A DNA stretch of 20,000 nt, from IMG/VR virus record IMGVR_UViG_3300009376_000009; one strand, written 5' to 3'. The notes below the pieces were generated by a model. It was not told the origin of the DNA, searched no databases, and was given only the letters and a program-made list of their open reading frames with translations. Position 1 is the stretch's first letter. Every line of letters starts with the position of its first letter. The DNA is from an uncultured virus (IMG/VR IMGVR_UViG_3300009376_000009) (Duplodnaviria; Heunggongvirae; Uroviricota; Caudoviricetes). A program made the position numbers and the translations under genes. Below, piece by piece: positions 17,211-20,000 of the stretch.

Positions 17211-17273
17211 CCCCCGCCTCTTGACTCAGGGGGGCGGGGGTGGGCTACCAGCCGCGAGGCTCGCGTTTTTTTT
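17211..17273 (+). terminator. Two GC-rich hairpins plus T8 tract ending the plus-strand block
   Basis: CCCCCGCCTCTTG/CAGGGGGGCGGGGG (G-U pairs work on +), then CGCGA-GGC-TCGCG followed by TTTTTTTT at 17266-17273. Confidence 0.65.
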
Positions 17274-17453
17274 CGACAATATATCTCCCGTTACAAAACG
17301 TTTTTAGCCTGCCCGTTACAAAACGTTGGGGCGTTACAAAACGTTAGAGAGAGAGCGCGTTACAAAACGTTAGAGAAAGAGAACGTTACAAAACGTTCGT
17401 TAGAGAGAGAACGTTACAAAACTTGAGAGAGAGAGAGCGTTACAAAACGTGGT

Positions 17454-17485
17454 GGGCAGGCCGGCGTTGCAGCACCGGCCCGCCC
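17454..17485 (-). terminator. GC-rich hairpin downstream of the 17502 gene, bracketed by two motif copies
   Basis: GGGCGGGCCGGTG...CGCCGGCCTGCCC on the minus strand; mismatches resolve as G-U only on minus. Confidence 0.5.
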
Positions 17486-17501
17486 TTGCGTTACAAAACG
17501 A

Positions 17502-17663
17502 TTACTCGTCGTCTTGCTCGATTGGCTGGTAGCGACCTGCGCCCTTGACGAATCCGACGAACTTCCAAAGCGAAGCGAGAGGGAAGCCCCACTCGTTCTT
17601 CTCGTTTTCGGGTATGTCGTCCTTCGTAGGCATCCTGCCGCGTGCTGCTTGGGTTGGTTCCAT
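17502..17663 (-). CDS. Small hypothetical protein (53 aa)
   Basis: Track ORF 17502..17696; ATG 17663 lies 21 nt after TTCATAAG. Confidence 0.65.
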   Translation of the reverse strand: MEPTQAARGRMPTKDDIPENEKNEWGFPLASLWKFVGFVKGAGRYQPIEQDDE

Positions 17664-17684
17664 GATACACCCTATACGCCGCCC

Positions 17685-17714
17685 CTTATGAACCACACGG
17701 CTCCGTTACAAAAC
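17685..17714 (-). promoter_or_regulatory. Promoter cassette GTTTTGTAAC-N10-GGTTCATAAG
   Basis: Same architecture as at 18295-18324, 19176-19205 and 19851-19880. Confidence 0.8.
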
Positions 17715-17841
17715 GTTTACTACCACCTTCCACCGTTACAAAACGTTAGTGTTACAAAACGTTAGAGAGATTTGTAACGTGAGTAATGTTGTTTCTGGAC
17801 TCGCGCCGAAGGCGCGAGAGAGAGAGAGCGTTACAAAACGC

Positions 17842-18273
17842 TCAAGCATCGTCCATCTCACTCCACGAAATGTCTACCTTGACTATGCACACGTGCGGCG
17901 CAGCATCGGGGTGGTAGTCGTCTTTCTCCCAAGTAGCCATGACCCGACTGAGGATGAAGGCCATGATTAGCCGACCCGTTTCGATGATGGATTTCATGCT
18001 GAACGTCTGCCCCATCTGCTCTTCGTTAGCGGGGGTGCGTCCCATTTGGAAGGTGAAGGAATCGCCCGTCTTCTCCATCCATGCCTTGAGTGCCTCCTGC
18101 GGTAGTGCGCCGTCGAAGGGCATCAACCCTCCACGTGCGAGGACTCTCTGAGTGTGCTTCACCCACTCGTCTGACCCCTCAACGGGTGTCTGTCCCGGCA
18201 TTCTGATATTCCCTGTTCTACCCTTACCTCTGCGGCGGAAGCGCCATGACCGAGGGTCGTCCTTCTTGCTCAT
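17842..18273 (-). CDS. Hypothetical protein (143 aa), basic N-terminus
   Basis: ATG 21 nt after TTCATATA; a motif copy lies 2 nt after the stop. Confidence 0.75.
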   Translation of the reverse strand: MSKKDDPRSWRFRRRGKGRTGNIRMPGQTPVEGSDEWVKHTQRVLARGGLMPFDGALPQEALKAWMEKTGDSFTFQMGRTPANEEQMGQTFSMKSIIETGRLIMAFILSRVMATWEKDDYHPDAAPHVCIVKVDISWSEMDDA

Positions 18274-18294
18274 AGTCAGTCATCTTGGCCGTCC

Positions 18295-18324
18295 TATATG
18301 AACCTGTGGCTCCCGTTACAAAAC
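18295..18324 (-). promoter_or_regulatory. Promoter cassette GTTTTGTAAC-N10-GGTTCATATA
   Basis: Fixed 10-nt motif-to-box spacing and 21 nt to ATG 18273. Confidence 0.8.
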
Positions 18325-18416
18325 GTTTCTACCCGTTACAAAACGTTCGTTACAAAACGTTAGCGTTACAAAACGTAGAGAGAGAGATTTGTAACAGAGG
18401 ATATATTGTCGGTGTG

Positions 18417-18588
18417 CCTACCGAGAGAGCATGGAAACAAGACACAACTCGCGGGTCGTGACGTTACAAAACTCTCTCGGCAGGACTTGAATGGTGCAAC
18501 GTCACTATGGACGTGACCCGCGAATCCTGTGTTACAAAACGTGGTGGTCGCCCCCCGGACGGCTCATCAAGAAACCGAGGGGGCAACC
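18417..18588 (-). ncRNA. Candidate structured RNA (long pseudoknot or two-state fold plus upstream hairpin)
   Basis: Helices of 6+10+11 bp and a crossing 13-bp helix. All non-Watson-Crick positions are G-U on minus and A-C on plus. No convincing ORF. Confidence 0.55.
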
Positions 18589-18610
18589 CCGAAAAACTCC
18601 GTTACAAAAC

Positions 18611-18772
18611 CTATCTACTCAACTCGACTATCACTTCCTCTTCTTCTCTCCATTGAGTTACAAAACATTCTGCTGGTGGCGGCAGCGCGAGCGTTACAAA
18701 ACTTACCTCACGGAATTGGTCAGCCAAATCACGAAGCGCCCAATACGTTACAAAACATGGAATGCTACTCAT
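18611..18772 (-). CDS. Small hypothetical protein (53 aa) encoding three motif copies as FVT
   Basis: Not in the track. MSSIPCFVTYWALRDLADQFREVSFVTLALPPPAECFVTQWREEEEVIVELSR, GGTGAGG RBS, overlaps the upstream stop, and its own stop abuts a motif copy. Confidence 0.55.
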   Translation of the reverse strand: MSSIPCFVTYWALRDLADQFREVSFVTLALPPPAECFVTQWREEEEVIVELSR

Positions 18773-19154
18773 CTTCTTCCTCACCTACCTCAAGTGTTTC
18801 AAGTGCGTTGTGGAGCATTCTCGCCTGTCGGCTCGCCTGCTCAACGAATACTCTGTTCTTCTCGATTGCGAGGCCGCTTTTGATGCTGTCTTTGGTCCCT
18901 CTGACTCCGTTACAAAAGTCTACCCAATCCCGTACCATCGTGGCTATGTGCGGTGTGAAACCTAGTACTGCTCTCATTTGTGCGATATGAAGGCGTACTG
19001 CGGTCACTACATGAGCGCACTTCTCGCATACATCACCTTCAACGAGGGGGTGTCCTATGTTCCTCTGTCCGTCTTGAATCCTACCTAGCCTGCCTTCGCA
19101 TCCTGTGTGGGATGCTGCAAGCCCGAAGGCGCATAGGCCGTCTGTTCCGTCCAT
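18765..19154 (-). CDS. Hypothetical protein with N-terminal Cys-rich (Zn-binding-like) region
   Basis: 129 aa, C..C...GHPLVEGDVCEKC..VTAVRL; ATG 21 nt after TTCATATA. Confidence 0.75.
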   Translation of the reverse strand: MDGTDGLCAFGLAASHTGCEGRLGRIQDGQRNIGHPLVEGDVCEKCAHVVTAVRLHIAQMRAVLGFTPHIATMVRDWVDFCNGVRGTKDSIKSGLAIEKNRVFVEQASRQARMLHNALETLEVGEEEDE

Positions 19155-19175
19155 GATACGCTCATCCTATGGGGG

Positions 19176-19205
19176 TATATGAACCTGTGGCTTCTGTTAC
19201 AAAAC
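19176..19205 (-). promoter_or_regulatory. Promoter cassette GTTTTGTAAC-N10-GGTTCATATA
   Basis: Fixed 10-nt spacing and 21 nt to ATG 19154. Confidence 0.8.
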
Positions 19206-19332
19206 GTTGGGGTCCGTTACAAAACGTTGCTGTTACAAAACGTTGGCGTTACAAAACGTTGGTGTTACAAAACTTACAGAGAGAGAGCGCCGTTACAAAA
19301 CTTAGAGAGAGAGAGAGGCGTTACAAAACCCA

Positions 19333-19360
19333 CCCCCACCGGAGATTTCCCCGGCGGGGG
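19333..19360 (-). terminator. GC-rich hairpin downstream of the 19381 gene, bracketed by two motif copies
   Basis: CCCCCGCCGG...CCGGTGGGGG on minus with one G-U pair. Confidence 0.5.
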
Positions 19361-19380
19361 CTTACGTCCCGTTACAAAAC

Positions 19381-19809
19381 CTAACCCTCGTCGGGCAAGT
19401 CATCGGTCTGCATGGCGTTGTGACGGATTTGAAGTTGCGCCAAGTTTAGCACGCCTTCCAAAACGACAGCAGCGAAGCGGCGAGGCATCTGCCTTCTCAT
19501 TCCCAACTCACGCTTGATGCTGGTTATCGCGCCGCCGCCTTTGCCGGTCACTCGCATATCGCTGGTTCCCCCGCCAAAACGAATCTCTTGCTCAACCATC
19601 GTCAGTATCAGTCCGTAGCGGTATGGTACTGTTCCGCCTGCTGCGCTCGCTGCAACGACCATATCAACGGCCTTGCGGACACCAAGCACGCCTTCATCGA
19701 ACTGCTGCGATAGTACTACTTCTTCGTCCGGGTTACCGTCCTCATCCATAGTAGCCATGCTAGCACATAGTCCAAGCCCGTCCGGGCTTACAAAGTCTGT
19801 TATGTCCAT
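19381..19809 (-). CDS. Hypothetical protein (142 aa)
   Basis: Track ORF 19381..19839. ATG 19839 is only 11 nt from the TATA box, whereas ATG 19809 has a GGAGG RBS inside the predicted leader. Confidence 0.75.
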   Translation of the reverse strand: MDITDFVSPDGLGLCASMATMDEDGNPDEEVVLSQQFDEGVLGVRKAVDMVVAASAAGGTVPYRYGLILTMVEQEIRFGGGTSDMRVTGKGGGAITSIKRELGMRRQMPRRFAAVVLEGVLNLAQLQIRHNAMQTDDLPDEG

Positions 19810-19850
19810 TCGTATCTCCCTCCTATTACAATTTTTCATACTCGCCCCCC

Positions 19851-19880
19851 CTTATGAACCCCACGACCCTGTTACAAAAC
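19851..19880 (-). promoter_or_regulatory. Promoter cassette GTTTTGTAAC-N10-GGTTCATAAG
   Basis: Fixed 10-nt spacing; preceded by a four-copy motif array (19871-19946). Confidence 0.75.
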
Positions 19881-20000
19881 GTTCCGAGCCTGTTACAAAA
19901 CGTTTGCGTTCTCTGTTACAAAACGTTAGAGAGAGTGTTACAAAACTCTGTTCTCCGCCGAAGGCGGAGAGAGAGAGAGAGGCCCGCCGAAGGCGGGCCG

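Larger units (their letters stand above)
15709..19946. repeat. Dispersed and tandem 10-14-bp motif GTTTTGTAAC / GTTACAAAAC(GTT), about 41 exact copies
   Basis: 7 copies read GTTTTGTAAC on + (15709, 16096, 16328, 16379, 16646, 16812, 17182). About 34 read GTTACAAAAC from 17290 to 19937. I saw none in 1-15700. Confidence 0.95.

Noticed and set aside
17439..17499. Integron attC-like site (AAC...hairpin...GTT after a stop codon)
   Set aside because: Distal end reads GTTTTGT rather than GTTRRRY, no L-box/extrahelical-base pattern is evident, and there is no integrase in the window.
18398..18416. Resemblance of AGGATATATTGTCGGTGT to the Agrobacterium T-DNA left border / MOBP nic site
   Set aside because: Lacks the conserved CAGG at the nick position, the second copy at 17274 does not keep the resemblance, and no relaxase is visible. 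Likely coincidence.
18481..18529. tRNA-like element (TTCAAGTCC and a 7-bp CAGGATT/AGTCCTG stem on minus)
   Set aside because: No T-stem pairing or D-arm, and too short for a cloverleaf.
18546..18588. Hammerhead ribozyme (TGATGAG in the hairpin loop on minus)
   Set aside because: Core reads CUUGAUGA rather than CUGAUGA, with no stem II followed by GAAA.
17514..19517. Plus-strand ORFs full of LQN/VTK/YKT peptides (17514, 17749, 18491, 18529, 19169, 19179)
   Set aside because: Translations of the motif arrays and antisense to promoter-supported minus-strand genes.
17290..19946. CRISPR or mini-CRISPR array
   Set aside because: Repeats are only 10-14 bp, intervals vary from 14 to 70 nt, many intervals are (GA)n or coding sequence, and no cas gene is present.

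Overview
Part of a tailed dsDNA virus (Caudoviricetes, HK97-type head) genome, very probably archaeal. Genes start 21-24 nt after TATA-like boxes (leaderless), some with BRE-like purines, and internal genes use GGTGA/GGAGG ribosome-binding sites. A marine Poseidoniales (MGII, magrovirus-like) host is plausible but is inference only. Left part (1-14650, lower GC): a minus-strand morphogenesis module (portal, three membrane proteins, prohead protease with a nested scaffold, cement protein, major capsid protein, decoration and adaptor proteins, and a >1280-aa repeat-rich fibre running off the window). It is transcribed divergently from a plus-strand HTH-metallophosphoesterase / terminase large subunit / winged-helix operon, across a quasi-palindromic intergenic region. 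Right part (14750-20000, visibly higher GC): small hypothetical genes in two convergent blocks. This part carries about 41 exact copies of a 10-bp motif, GTTTTGTAAC, oriented with transcription and arranged in a strict order: motif at the stop codon, hairpin, motif array, exactly 10 nt, GGTTCATAWR TATA box, 21 nt, ATG. It also holds a second element (motif-5 nt-ATATATTGTCG) facing the ends of transcription units, C-GAA-G triloop hairpins, and a long minus-strand pseudoknot-like RNA at 18417-18532. This repeat-based regulatory/cassette system is the main candidate for something undescribed. All counts and alignments were done by eye.
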